The position numbers and the translations under genes are program-made. Positions 9,933 to 19,065 of a stretch of DNA of 64,000 nucleotides are shown here, in pieces. The stretch covers positions 138,338-202,337 of the forward strand of contig CAZTXT010000001.1 in assembly GCA_964617735.1 (NCBI GenBank), given 5' to 3'. Within the stretch, counting starts at the first letter, position 1. Each line of letters starts with the position of its first letter. The notes beneath the pieces were generated by a model. It had not been told where the DNA came from. It saw only the letters and a program-made list of their open reading frames with translations, and searched no databases. The stretch is from an uncultured Candidatus Saccharibacteria bacterium (GTDB lineage Bacteria > Patescibacteriota > Minisyncoccia > Phycocordibacterales > DSPV01).

Positions 9933-10877
9933 TTATTGTCCCCGTTTCAATTTCTCGAGGATCTCGCCGTAGGTCTTCGCATTGGTCGTGATGACTAACG
10001 TCGAGGGATCGACGAACGAATAGAGGAGTACGATATCTCCCAGTTCATTCTTGACCACGCGCGCGTCATGATTCTTTACCACCGCGTCTTGAAAGAGTTG
10101 CGCGCCAGGATCCGTGCCGAAATACGCGTCAGTGGTGGTGGGAAGTTTAGGCGGGTGTGCAGCATCGGTGAAGAAAGCTTCCCCCGCGTTGCGATAGAAA
10201 TCAACTTCACTCTTGAGCATTCCCGCGTACGCGCTCTGGTATGAGTCGGTCCGGACGATGAGGAAGGGTTGGTTTCCGTCAAAACCTAAAATGCCAAAGG
10301 CGAAGCTTTCATTGAGGGAGCGCAGGAAGGCGGATGAGACGTCGGGCGCGATCTTTGAGAGAAAGCCTTGCGTGTCGAGTGTAGTAGTATTACCCGCCGC
10401 ATCCGCTTCGGTGAAGACGAGCCCCTCGGTCGAATTGAGCCGCAGCGTTGACTGGTCGCGCTCTTGAATCAGGGCATCGAGGATTTTGTGGTGTGAGAGG
10501 CCGGTAAGGCTCAGGGTTTTTATGGTATCGATGGGGATGATGGATTGTCCTGCAACCGTCGCTGTGTTGCCGTTCTCCGGCGCGGGCCTAAGGTAGAGGT
10601 ATACGAGAAACACGGCGATGCCGGCGATCACGATGATGCCCGAGAGCGTCATCAACATCCGTCCGTCCCATCGCGATGGGACCGCTTCTTCGGGAACGAT
10701 GGGTTCAACCGGTTTCTGTTTCAGTTTTTCCTGCCCCTCGACGACCATCGTGGCGACGCTCGTGCGTTCATGCTTGAGCACGTCCGCGACGTCCGACTCG
10801 AAGGTCCGGAGTGCTTTGACGGGTGCTCCATTGGGAGTTTCTTTTTTTTGAGAATCTTCGGCCATGGCCTCTATCAT
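9933..10877 (-). CDS. hypothetical single-pass membrane protein
   Basis: 314-aa ORF with one TM helix (MLMTLSGIIVIAGIAVFLVYLYL) and a large extracytoplasmic domain. No recognisable family. Confidence 0.5.
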   Translation of the reverse strand: MIEAMAEDSQKKETPNGAPVKALRTFESDVADVLKHERTSVATMVVEGQEKLKQKPVEPIVPEEAVPSRWDGRMLMTLSGIIVIAGIAVFLVYLYLRPAPENGNTATVAGQSIIPIDTIKTLSLTGLSHHKILDALIQERDQSTLRLNSTEGLVFTEADAAGNTTTLDTQGFLSKIAPDVSSAFLRSLNESFAFGILGFDGNQPFLIVRTDSYQSAYAGMLKSEVDFYRNAGEAFFTDAAHPPKLPTTTDAYFGTDPGAQLFQDAVVKNHDARVVKNELGDIVLLYSFVDPSTLVITTNAKTYGEILEKLKRGQ

Positions 10878-10944
10878 AACGCAGAACCTGTCTTTGATAG
10901 AAGCCGGGCGTCATCAGGTACCTGATGACGCCCGGGCGTAAGGA

Positions 10945-13137
10945 TTATCGATGTCTGAAACCGCCGCTACGGCCGTCCCGTCGATGCGGCGGACGGTGCG
11001 CTCTCTCGTGAGGCGCCCCGTCGCCTGCCCCCGCAGGCCGTTTGAAGAATTCAGAATTCGCGCTTTTTATCGAAAGATTGATGCGCCCTTTCTCATCTAT
11101 TTCACGCACCATCACGGGCACTCGGTCGCCTTCTTTCACAAGATCGGTGACTCGTTCCACTCTCCAGGGCGCCATTTCTGAAATATGCACGAGTCCTTCC
11201 GCGCTGTAGCCTATTTTGACGAAGGCGCCGAAGTCCATGAGCCGGGTAACTTCTCCCTCAAACCGCTCGCCGGGGAGATATTCGCGGGTCATATCGTGGA
11301 CGATATCGCGCGCCGCCTTTGCCGCCCCGTTCTTTCCCGTGATGAATACCGAGCCATCGTCTTCGATGTCGATCTGCGCGCCGGTCTTCTCCATGATGCC
11401 GTTGATGGTCTTACCACCGGTGCCGATGACCATGCCGATCTGATCCGGCTTGATCTTAAGCGAAAGTATTTCGGGGGCCGAAGGGTTCAATTGCGGACGG
11501 TGCGTCGGAATCTCTTTTTCGATGACGTCTAAGATCCGCAGACGCGCGCTTTTTGCTTTCTCGAATGCTTCGGCAAGAATTTTCAGTGTGATGCCCGCGA
11601 CTTTAACATCCATTTGTACCGCCGTGACACCCTCGCGCGTACCTGCGACTTTGAAGTCCATGTCGCCATGATGATCTTCGGGTCCCTGAATGTCCGTGAG
11701 CACTTTATATTTCTCCGGCGACTGCATCATTAATCCTGATGCGATGCCCGCGACTGCTCGCGTGATGGGAACGCCGGCATCAAGAAGTGCGAGCGTCGAG
11801 CCGCAGACCGAGCCCATTGAGGTCGAGCCGTTCGATGCGAACGCTTCCGAGACGATGCGGATCGTGTAGGGAAATTTTTCTTTGGTGGGGAGCACGGGCA
11901 CGAGCGCTTTTTCCGCAAGCGCGCCGTGGCCGATCATACGGCGGTTCATTCCGCCCATGCGACCGGTCTCGCCGGTCGAGAATGGCGGGAAGTTGTAGTG
12001 ATGCATGAATCCTTTTTTGCCCTGCACCTCCATGCCGTCCACGATCATCGAATCGCCCGGTCCACCCAGGGTGAGCACCGAAAGGATGTGCGTGCCGCCG
12101 CGGTAAAAGATTCCGGAGCCGTGCAGTACGGGCGAGACGCCGCCGGCTTGGACGAAGAGCGGCCTGATATCATCCATTCCACGTCCGTCGGGACGGCGGT
12201 TGTTCTCTATCGCTTCCGCGTGCACGAGGTCGTTCAATGCATCTTCGAAATAGGTCGCCGCGAATGACGGATCGATGTCCGGGTGCATTTCTCTGAACGT
12301 CTCCATCCACTCATGATGGATGGGGGTTATCGAGAATTTTCCGGGTTGTCCTGAAAAGACCGACTCCGCGAATTTTGGCGCGATCAGTTTTTTGAAGAGC
12401 GCGGGTACTTCGGGAGGAATCTCGGGAAAGGCCACTTCCTTTTTCGGCTTCCCCACTTCAGCGATGATGGTCTCCTGAAACTTCTGAAGTTTATCAATAA
12501 TAGAGAGTCCTTCCTCAAGCCCCGAGACCAACACATCCTCGCCGACTTCCTTGCTGCCGACCTCGATCATGTTGACGAGGCCGTCTTTGCCGCAAACCAA
12601 GAGGTCTAAATCGGCATCCTCGGCATTGCGATCGCTGTACGAGGGGTTGATGATGAAATTGTTGTCGTCTTTTTTCTTTCCAATGCGCACGGCTCCGACT
12701 GGCCCGTTCCAGGGAATCTCGGAGGTCGCTAACGCAAGCGATGCGGCTATTACCGCGAGCACGTCAGGGTCATCTTCGGCGATCGAGAGCACGGTGATGA
12801 CCACCTGCACCTCGTTGCGCATCCGGCCGTCGAAAAGTGGACGGATTGTGCGGTCTACGATACGGCCCGAGAGAATCGCTTCTTCGGTCGGTCGCCCCTC
12901 GCGCCGGATGAACCGAGAGCCTAAAATCTGCCCGGCAGCGTAAAAGCGCTCTTCATAGTCAACGGTGAGCGGAAACCAATCGCCATCGCGCGTCTGTTTC
13001 GACATTACGGCAGTCGCAAGAACGGTCGTGTTGCCATAGCGGACGATGCATGAACCGGTCGCCTGTTCGGCGAGGTCAGTAAATTGTGCGATCAGAGGTT
13101 TACCTCCAATCTCAATCGAAAACTCTTTTTTAGTCAT
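10945..13137 (-). CDS. pnp: polyribonucleotide nucleotidyltransferase (PNPase)
   Basis: Two RNase PH domains, KH (GKVIGTGGKTI-like) and S1 domains. 730 aa with an RG-rich tail. Confidence 0.95.
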   Translation of the reverse strand: MTKKEFSIEIGGKPLIAQFTDLAEQATGSCIVRYGNTTVLATAVMSKQTRDGDWFPLTVDYEERFYAAGQILGSRFIRREGRPTEEAILSGRIVDRTIRPLFDGRMRNEVQVVITVLSIAEDDPDVLAVIAASLALATSEIPWNGPVGAVRIGKKKDDNNFIINPSYSDRNAEDADLDLLVCGKDGLVNMIEVGSKEVGEDVLVSGLEEGLSIIDKLQKFQETIIAEVGKPKKEVAFPEIPPEVPALFKKLIAPKFAESVFSGQPGKFSITPIHHEWMETFREMHPDIDPSFAATYFEDALNDLVHAEAIENNRRPDGRGMDDIRPLFVQAGGVSPVLHGSGIFYRGGTHILSVLTLGGPGDSMIVDGMEVQGKKGFMHHYNFPPFSTGETGRMGGMNRRMIGHGALAEKALVPVLPTKEKFPYTIRIVSEAFASNGSTSMGSVCGSTLALLDAGVPITRAVAGIASGLMMQSPEKYKVLTDIQGPEDHHGDMDFKVAGTREGVTAVQMDVKVAGITLKILAEAFEKAKSARLRILDVIEKEIPTHRPQLNPSAPEILSLKIKPDQIGMVIGTGGKTINGIMEKTGAQIDIEDDGSVFITGKNGAAKAARDIVHDMTREYLPGERFEGEVTRLMDFGAFVKIGYSAEGLVHISEMAPWRVERVTDLVKEGDRVPVMVREIDEKGRINLSIKSANSEFFKRPAGAGDGAPHERAHRPPHRRDGRSGGFRHR

Positions 13138-13165
13138 AGGATCTTGTGGATCCGTAGATTTTAGG

Positions 13166-13185
13166 TTTCAAAGTCGCCTTTGAAA
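13166..13185 (-). promoter_or_regulatory. stem-loop in the pnp 5' leader (TTTCAAAG-tcgc-CTTTGAAA), possible RNase III or autoregulatory hairpin
   Basis: Perfect 8-bp inverted repeat about 30 nt upstream of the pnp start. pnp leaders are known RNase III targets in other bacteria. Confidence 0.3.
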
Positions 13186-13306
13186 ACTACCTATCTAAGG
13201 ACCCGCTAATTGATATGCAAAGATGTTAGCATGAAACCCGAAAGTTGACAAATCCTGATATTGATGCAATATACTGTTCAGTTGAACTTCAAAAGAAAGG
13301 AAACTT

Positions 13307-13669
13307 ATGAGTTTTGCTGTTGTGAAAGTCTACGGTACACCTGAGTTCCACAAGAAAAATGTCCGCGTTTTCCTGCAGACACCCATAGATCAATGCATAA
13401 GAAATGTTATGTCGGGATATGTGGAGTCCATGGACGATGCCCAGGGTATCGTTGTGTTATTCATTCCGTCAGTTCAGGTAAATGGAGAGACACGCGAGGT
13501 GCTAATTGAAGCTCATCTTTCTTCCGTAAGACTCTACGAAGATTATGAACATCCGATACGGATGGAACTTTCTAAGTCTATAGCTTCATTGCTCAAGCCA
13601 CACGGGAATTTTGTGGTAACAACTCTAACCTCCCGGATAACAGGCTCTTCCTGTTCTTCAACTCAGTAG
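13307..13669 (+). CDS. hypothetical protein (120 aa) in an AT-rich islet. Good RBS (AAGGA 7 nt upstream of ATG) and an upstream TTGACA box.
   Basis: ORF ends at a bidirectional terminator. Local AT-rich composition contrasts with the flanks. No recognisable domain. Confidence 0.45.
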   Translation: MSFAVVKVYGTPEFHKKNVRVFLQTPIDQCIRNVMSGYVESMDDAQGIVVLFIPSVQVNGETREVLIEAHLSSVRLYEDYEHPIRMELSKSIASLLKPHGNFVVTTLTSRITGSSCSSTQ

Positions 13670-13677
13670 CAATTTCT

Positions 13678-13713
13678 AAAACGGCACCGATTACTCGGTG
13701 CCGTTTTCTTTTT
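13678..13713. terminator. bidirectional rho-independent terminator (ACGGCACCG-attact-CGGTGCCGT, with an A-run on one side and a T-run on the other)
   Basis: Perfect 9-bp stem with T-tracts on both strands, between convergent genes 13307..13669 (+) and 13712..14230 (-). Confidence 0.65.
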
Positions 13714-14230
13714 ACCTGCGTCCGACTCCCAAGAGATATTTACGCGGATTCTCGTCGAGGTCTTGGAAATGATCGGCGGCTTCGATGAGTTTCGCCGAGG
13801 TTGATTTGCCGAATGATACAACTTCCACCTGACAGCCCTGATTCTCCTGAAGGTATTTAACCAAAGGCACGAAATCTCCGTCGCCCGAAATGACGACGAC
13901 GGCGTCGAGTTTAGGTGCGAGCTTTATCGCATCCACCGCGAGCCCGACGTCCCAGTCGGCTTTTTTAGCGCCGCCCGCAAAGACTTGCAGGTCTTTCGTT
14001 TTAGTCTCGATCCCCACTTTCTCCAGTGCCTCGAAAAACCCTTTTTCTTCTCCGCTTTCTGTCGAAATGACATAGGCGACGGCGCGTATGAGATTGCGTC
14101 CCTCAAGCGCGTCTTTGACGACTTGACCAAAGTTAACGCGCGCATGATAGAGGTTTTTTGCGCTGTGGTAGAGATTTTGCGTGTCGATAAAAATGCCCAC
14201 CCGCTGTTCTTTATGTTTGATTACGCTCAT
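13712..14230 (-). CDS. NYN/LabA-like (PIN-related) domain protein
   Basis: N-terminal VGIFIDTQNLYHSAKN and later VVVISGDGDFVPLV are typical of the NYN (DUF88/LabA) fold. 172 aa. Confidence 0.7.
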   Translation of the reverse strand: MSVIKHKEQRVGIFIDTQNLYHSAKNLYHARVNFGQVVKDALEGRNLIRAVAYVISTESGEEKGFFEALEKVGIETKTKDLQVFAGGAKKADWDVGLAVDAIKLAPKLDAVVVISGDGDFVPLVKYLQENQGCQVEVVSFGKSTSAKLIEAADHFQDLDENPRKYLLGVGRR

Positions 14231-14329
14231 GAAAATAAATTTACTTGCTTAATAATACCGTGTTTCTTTAGCAAAACAAAGCTCGCTTTTTAGGAAGCTC
14301 AATCGAGGATCAAATAAGGAGAATGTCTA

Positions 14330-14599
14330 TTACTTCTTCTTCAGTTCAAGTTTGCGGACGATCGTGCCATAGCGGCGCGGATTTTTCTTTTGCAGATACT
14401 GCAAGTGCTTCTGGCGGTTTGCCACCATCGCGAGCAATCCCCTACGAGAGTGCTTGTCCTTGTTGTGTTTCTTAAGGTGAGCCGCGAGCTCTTCGATGCG
14501 TTTTGTCAAAAGAGAAACCTGCACCTCGGGAGAGCCCGTATCCTTATCATGAATGCCGGATTCTTTGATGATTCGCTGTTTCTTGGTCTTTGAAATCAT
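14330..14599 (-). CDS. rpsO: 30S ribosomal protein S15
   Basis: 89 aa. GSPEVQVSLLTKRIEELAAHLKKHNKDKHSRRGLL matches the S15 signature. Confidence 0.9.
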   Translation of the reverse strand: MISKTKKQRIIKESGIHDKDTGSPEVQVSLLTKRIEELAAHLKKHNKDKHSRRGLLAMVANRQKHLQYLQKKNPRRYGTIVRKLELKKK

Positions 14600-14665
14600 G
14601 GTGCATACAGAATAGCACGAAAGCCTGTATTATGCAAGACCTTTTTCAGCATTTTTAGGCAACCC

Positions 14666-15685
14666 ATGTACAGTGGGTGCAGGATACTTTTTGCGATTTG
14701 CTGGTTGCGGTGTCCCTATGCCTGTCGTGTCGCACAATGTTACCATAGCGCTATGGCAAGCGATATCGAGAAGCTCAAACGCCAATTTCTCGAGTATATC
14801 GAGATAGAAAAAGGCCGCGCGTTAAAGACTGTCGAGAATTACGACCGGTATCTCTCTCGTTTCATCGAGTATTCAAAGATAAAAAAGCCTAGCGGTATCA
14901 CTGAAGCTTCAGTGCGCGATTTTCGTCTCTGGCTTAATCGCCAACCCACTCACAACAAGTGGGTCAAGGGCGAAACCTTGAAGAAAAAGACCCAGAATTA
15001 TTATCTGATCGCGCTGCGCGCGTTTCTGAAATTCCTTTCCAAGCGCGGCATCAGCGCGATATCTCCAGAACATATCGAACTTGCGAAAGCTGGTGAGCGC
15101 TCACTTGACTTGATAACAGCCGAAGAACTTGCACGGCTCCTGAACGCTCCGAAGGATGCCGATCTCAAATCACTTCGGGACAAGGCCATTCTCGAGCTTC
15201 TCTTCTCGACCGGCCTGCGCGTATCGGAGCTTTGTTCCCTCACCCGTGACCTCGACCTTTCTGCCGATGAATTCTCGGTACGAGGCAAGGGAGAGAAAGT
15301 GCGAGTGGTATTCCTTTCGTCTCAGGCGAAAGCTGCGCTCAAGCGCTACCTCGCGGCGCGGACCGACGTCGATGATGCACTGTTCGTGAAAGTGAGTTGG
15401 GAGAGGAAGGGTAGAACCAAGGATTTTGCTCTGACCCCTCGCTCTGTAGAGCGTATTGTAAAATATCATGCTAATAAGGCGGGCATCTCGAAAAAAGTCA
15501 CCCCGCATGTCATACGCCATTGTTTCGCGACCGATCTTCTCTCCAACGGCGCGGACCTGCGGTCGGTCCAGGCACTTTTAGGCCATGCCAATATCGGTAC
15601 CACGCAGATCTATACCCACGTAACGGATAAGCATTTACACGAGGTCCACAAAGCCTTTCACGGTCGTGTCAGGAAAAAGGCTTGA
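14666..15685 (+). CDS. xerC: tyrosine site-specific recombinase XerC/XerD family. Probable true start at the ATG at 14753 (MASDIEKLK...).
   Basis: C-terminal catalytic motifs HVIRHCFATDLL and LLGHANIGTTQIYTHV (R-H-R-Y family). N-terminal SAM-like core-binding domain. Confidence 0.85.
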   Translation: MYSGCRILFAICWLRCPYACRVAQCYHSAMASDIEKLKRQFLEYIEIEKGRALKTVENYDRYLSRFIEYSKIKKPSGITEASVRDFRLWLNRQPTHNKWVKGETLKKKTQNYYLIALRAFLKFLSKRGISAISPEHIELAKAGERSLDLITAEELARLLNAPKDADLKSLRDKAILELLFSTGLRVSELCSLTRDLDLSADEFSVRGKGEKVRVVFLSSQAKAALKRYLAARTDVDDALFVKVSWERKGRTKDFALTPRSVERIVKYHANKAGISKKVTPHVIRHCFATDLLSNGADLRSVQALLGHANIGTTQIYTHVTDKHLHEVHKAFHGRVRKKA

Positions 15686-15766
15686 CATATTCCGTATCTG
15701 TACTATAATACTTGTAGGTTTCTCTTAAGACCCGGAACCATCCGGGCGCAACCGTTAGTGTGATCT

Positions 15767-16102
15767 ATGAAAACTAAAACCAGTTCATTGCCGACAATCC
15801 GTATGATGTGGATTGTTCCGAACCCGAACTCACAACTCCCACGGACTGTTACTGAAGCTTCTCTCGAGGAGCTTCATCGTTCATTAGGAGTATTCAAGGC
15901 TTCTCTCTGGATAAGTGGGAAGGCTTCGGGAGGAAAATTCTCCTCCCGGAAATTCCTACCGTATCCTGGCTGCGGTGTTGAAGCCTACAGGGTTTGCTTC
16001 GCTGCAGCGGTGCATGAGAGGGATATCCTCAACATCGTCGAGAAGCACGGTTTTACAAAGTATGTAGAACCTTCCGTTCCTCCACTCCCGGTCGCCGCCT
16101 GA
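15767..16102 (+). CDS. hypothetical protein (111 aa) immediately downstream of the recombinase, followed by a strong terminator
   Basis: ORF with terminator 16118..16155. No recognisable domain. Confidence 0.35.
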   Translation: MKTKTSSLPTIRMMWIVPNPNSQLPRTVTEASLEELHRSLGVFKASLWISGKASGGKFSSRKFLPYPGCGVEAYRVCFAAAVHERDILNIVEKHGFTKYVEPSVPPLPVAA

Positions 16103-16117
16103 AATACGCGCGAAAAA

Positions 16118-16155
16118 GCCCAGTCCGTCAAAGACGGACTGGGCTGATTTTTTTT
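16118..16155 (+). terminator. rho-independent terminator (GCCCAGTCCGTC-aaa-GACGGACTGGGC followed by a T-run)
   Basis: Perfect 12-bp stem followed by 8 T residues. Confidence 0.75.
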
Positions 16156-16181
16156 ATTAAAATCTTTCCGCGTAGTTTGCT

Positions 16182-16967
16182 ATGATAGTGAGCATGAAAC
16201 TTGTCTCATGGAATGTGAATGGAATACGCGCATGCCATCGGAAGGGCTGTTTTAATTGGTTTTTTGAATATCAACCGGATATTTTCTGTCTTCAGGAGAT
16301 CAAATCAGGTATCGATCAGGTGCCAGAAGAGTTGAAAGCTCCTCAAGGATATTTTTCCTACTTTGATAGTCCTAAGGAGAAAAAAGGATATAGCGGTGTC
16401 GCAGTATATTCAAAGACTGAACCTGAAAAGGTTCAATACGGCATCGGTATAAAGGAATTTGACCAAGAAGGTCGTTGCATAGCTTTGAAATTCAAAGATT
16501 TCTGGCTCTACAACGTTTACTTCCCTAACGGCGGCCAGGGACCTCACCGTCTCAAATTCAAGCTAGGATTTTACGACGCATTTCTCAAGCACATCGAGCG
16601 TTTACGCAAAAAAGGTGAAGCAGTGATCTTTTGCGGTGACATCAACACTGCGCATCAAGAAATTGATCTAGCACGGCCGAAAGAAAACGAAAAGAACACC
16701 GGTTTTCTTCCGATCGAACGAGCATGGCTCGATAAAGTCGAGAAGCTTGACTACATTGACACTTTCCGATATTTCTTTCCTGACAAGAAAGGAGTGTATA
16801 CCTATTGGGACCAGAAGACCTTCGCGAGAGAGAGAAATGTAGGATGGCGCCTCGATTATTTCTTTATCACTCCTGATTTACAGGCGCAGCTTAAATCAGC
16901 TCACATTTTTGAAGTGGTTCTCGGTTCAGACCATTGTCCGATAGGGATTGAACTTAGGGATCTATAA
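16182..16967 (+). CDS. xth: exodeoxyribonuclease III (AP endonuclease, EEP family)
   Basis: MKLVSWNVNGIRA, CLQEIK, and the DHCPIGIEL C-terminus. 261 aa. The likely start is the internal MKLVSW at 16194. Confidence 0.9.
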   Translation: MIVSMKLVSWNVNGIRACHRKGCFNWFFEYQPDIFCLQEIKSGIDQVPEELKAPQGYFSYFDSPKEKKGYSGVAVYSKTEPEKVQYGIGIKEFDQEGRCIALKFKDFWLYNVYFPNGGQGPHRLKFKLGFYDAFLKHIERLRKKGEAVIFCGDINTAHQEIDLARPKENEKNTGFLPIERAWLDKVEKLDYIDTFRYFFPDKKGVYTYWDQKTFARERNVGWRLDYFFITPDLQAQLKSAHIFEVVLGSDHCPIGIELRDL

Positions 16968-17212
16968 AGGACATTTATCCACAGAATGTCCTTTACATGT
17001 CCTTTATGAGTCTTATAATGCTAGTCAGGAGTTGACGCAATTCGCTCTCGAAATGCATAAATACTCAAACTGTTCTTTTACAAGAGAGAAGTCACTATCT
17101 CTTTTGCGAAAGATTTGTTCAGAAAGGTGAATACTTTGGGTGTACATATCTCACCCATTCATTTCGGGTATGTGCCCGAGTTTCACATGAAATTTCTGAA
17201 CGGTTCTTTCAT

Positions 17213-17257
17213 ACCGCTCAGAAAGATTTTCCCACTCCTCTTCTGAGCGGTTTTTTT
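17213..17257 (+). terminator. rho-independent terminator (CCGCTCAGAA ... TTCTGAGCGG followed by TTTTTTT) ending a roughly 290-nt AT-rich region downstream of xth
   Basis: 10-bp stem plus a 7-T run on the plus strand. It overlaps the stop codon of the convergent cca gene. Confidence 0.55.
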
Positions 17258-18770
17258 ATTTCACCCAGTATCGATCTCGTATTTTCTTTAGGTTTTTCTC
17301 TTCGGCAGCTTCTTTTTTTGCTTTACCGATGTTGCCGAGATTTTCTAATTTTTTATCGCTCAAAGATGCTAATTCTTTAACCCGGCTTTCAAGCTTCTCG
17401 GCTGTATTGAGCGCCGGATTTTCCATTACATCTTCCAACAAGACGTGCAAAATATGGCCCACCTTAGGTCCCGGTTCGATTTTTGCGATTTCCATTACCT
17501 TCGCCCCGTTGATTTTAAGCATACTTACCGTTATCGGATCATGCATCACCTCTTCCACCATAGACTTGTATTTTCGTAGTCTATACGGATGCTCTTTAGG
17601 CCTTCCTGTTCCAATTCTGTCACAGACGCGCACGTTCATAAGGTCCCATATATTTTCCTTTCCAACGTTCCTCAAAAGTCTGCGGACCGAAGAGAGGGTT
17701 ATCTGATCGGTGTCCGAGAAAAACATATGCCATCGAACCAATGTAACGACTTTTTCAATGGTTTTCACGGGAAACATAAGCTTCGAGAGGATTTTGGCCG
17801 TCATTTTGCTTCCCATGACGTCATGGCCGTGGAAAGTCCAATCTTTTTTTTCCTCTGACCATTTTCGAGCTGGTACTTTCCCTATATCGTGGAAAAGGGC
17901 AGCTAGCCTTACTTCGAGTGACCAGCCATTTTTCGCGGCATGTTGAAGGGTACGAAGTAAATGTTCCCAAACGTCATATGCGTGAGCTTTATTCTGTTTT
18001 ATACCGATAGTTTCAGTAAGTTCAGGGAGAAATATTGTAAGTAAGCCATATTCTTTCAGAAGGATGATTCCATTCATTGGTTGATCGGACATAAGAATCC
18101 GGGCGAATTCGTCCCGTACTCTTTCACGTGAAACTCCTGAAAGATGTTTTGCATTCCTCTTTATTGCTTCTGATGTCTCTTTTTCTATTGAGAAATCAAG
18201 TTCTGTGGAAAGTCTTATTGCTCTCATTATCCTCAAAGCGTCTTCCTTAAATCGCTCATCTGGGTCGCCAACAGCTCGGATAATGCGCATCCGGATGTCG
18301 TCCTGTCCTTTATAAAGGTCAACTATGTGTCCTTTATACCTAGAATGTCCTTTATGCTCGGCGAGCTTTACTGCTATGGCATTTATGGTGAAATCCCTTC
18401 GCTTAAGATCGTCTTCAATGTTGTTGCTGAACGATACCGAGTCGGGGTGTCGCTGATTTGAATATTTTGATTCAAGCCGATATGGGGTTACCTCAACTGT
18501 TTTAGTTGTCTCATCTTCGCTCTCTTCATTGACTACGCCGACTGTTCCATACTCATTTTCATAGAAGGTTTTTGGGAAAATAGATAGTATCTTCTCTGGC
18601 GTTGCGCTTGTCGTTATGTCCCAATCCTTCGGTTTTTTACCGATAAGCATATCCCGGGTGCACCCGCCGATGAGATAGGCCTCAAAACCCTGTTCTTCAA
18701 GGGTTTTAGCGATCTTCGCGACCGCCTCGGGTATGGTGAATAGCTTCTCTTTCATAGTCCCAGTTGGCAA
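17256..18770 (-). CDS. cca: CCA-adding enzyme / tRNA nucleotidyltransferase with a C-terminal HD domain. Probable ATG start at 18755 (MKEKLF...), because the track start is a TTG.
   Basis: FEAYLIGGCTRDMLIG...DWDITT PolyA_pol head domain. HD motif LAALFHDIGK in the C-terminal half. Confidence 0.85.
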   Translation of the reverse strand: MPTGTMKEKLFTIPEAVAKIAKTLEEQGFEAYLIGGCTRDMLIGKKPKDWDITTSATPEKILSIFPKTFYENEYGTVGVVNEESEDETTKTVEVTPYRLESKYSNQRHPDSVSFSNNIEDDLKRRDFTINAIAVKLAEHKGHSRYKGHIVDLYKGQDDIRMRIIRAVGDPDERFKEDALRIMRAIRLSTELDFSIEKETSEAIKRNAKHLSGVSRERVRDEFARILMSDQPMNGIILLKEYGLLTIFLPELTETIGIKQNKAHAYDVWEHLLRTLQHAAKNGWSLEVRLAALFHDIGKVPARKWSEEKKDWTFHGHDVMGSKMTAKILSKLMFPVKTIEKVVTLVRWHMFFSDTDQITLSSVRRLLRNVGKENIWDLMNVRVCDRIGTGRPKEHPYRLRKYKSMVEEVMHDPITVSMLKINGAKVMEIAKIEPGPKVGHILHVLLEDVMENPALNTAEKLESRVKELASLSDKKLENLGNIGKAKKEAAEEKNLKKIRDRYWVK

Positions 18771-18784
18771 AATTTTAGTATATC

Positions 18785-18813
18785 TTTGGCAATTTAGCTA
18801 ATTTTAGCTATGA
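18785..18813 (+). promoter_or_regulatory. promoter candidate for tRNA-Arg (TTGGCA - 17 nt - TATGAT)
   Basis: Hexamers read directly. The -10 ends about 8 nt before the tRNA 5' end. Confidence 0.35.
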
Positions 18814-18821
18814 TTTTTTGA

Positions 18822-18896
18822 TGCTCCCGTGGTGAAATGGATATCACAACAGTCTTCGGAACTGTTGTTCCAGGTTCGAGTCCTGGCGGGAGCACC
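18822..18896 (+). tRNA. tRNA-Arg (anticodon TCG), CCA encoded
   Basis: Manual cloverleaf: acceptor GCTCCCG/CGGGAGC, D-stem GTGA/TCAC, anticodon stem ACAGT/ACTGT with loop CTTCGGA, T-arm CCAGG-TTCGAGT-CCTGG, 3' ACCA. Confidence 0.8.
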
Positions 18897-18947
18897 AGAT
18901 TGGACTTTGCGATGCTCAAAGTAAAGAGAGGATTTCTTTCCTTTGTT

Positions 18948-18975
18948 TTGCAAAGTTATGTTTTGTCCCTATAAT
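18948..18975 (+). promoter_or_regulatory. near-consensus sigma70 promoter for tRNA-Gly (TTGCAA - 16 nt - TATAAT)
   Basis: Hexamers read directly. The -10 ends 19 nt upstream of the tRNA 5' end. Confidence 0.5.
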
Positions 18976-18994
18976 TACAGGGCGATTCGTGAGA

Positions 18995-19065
18995 GCGGGT
19001 ATCGTTTAGTGGTAGGACGGTTCCTTGCCAAGGAACAGGTGGGAGTTCGATTCTCCCTACCCGCA
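18995..19065 (+). tRNA. tRNA-Gly (anticodon GCC)
   Basis: Acceptor GCGGGTA/TACCCGC, anticodon stem GTTCC/GGAAC with loop TTGCCAA, T-arm GGGAG-TTCGATT-CTCCC. No encoded CCA. Confidence 0.8.

Noticed and set aside
18300-18365. Three TGTCCTTTAT copies inside cca, considered as a possible embedded repeat element or CRISPR-like array
   Set aside because: They are in-frame and encode repeated KGH tripeptides (LAEHKGHSRYKGHIVDLYKGQ) in the CCA enzyme. Spacing is irregular and there are no spacer-like unique inserts. The region is coding; the motif is noted only for its recurrence.
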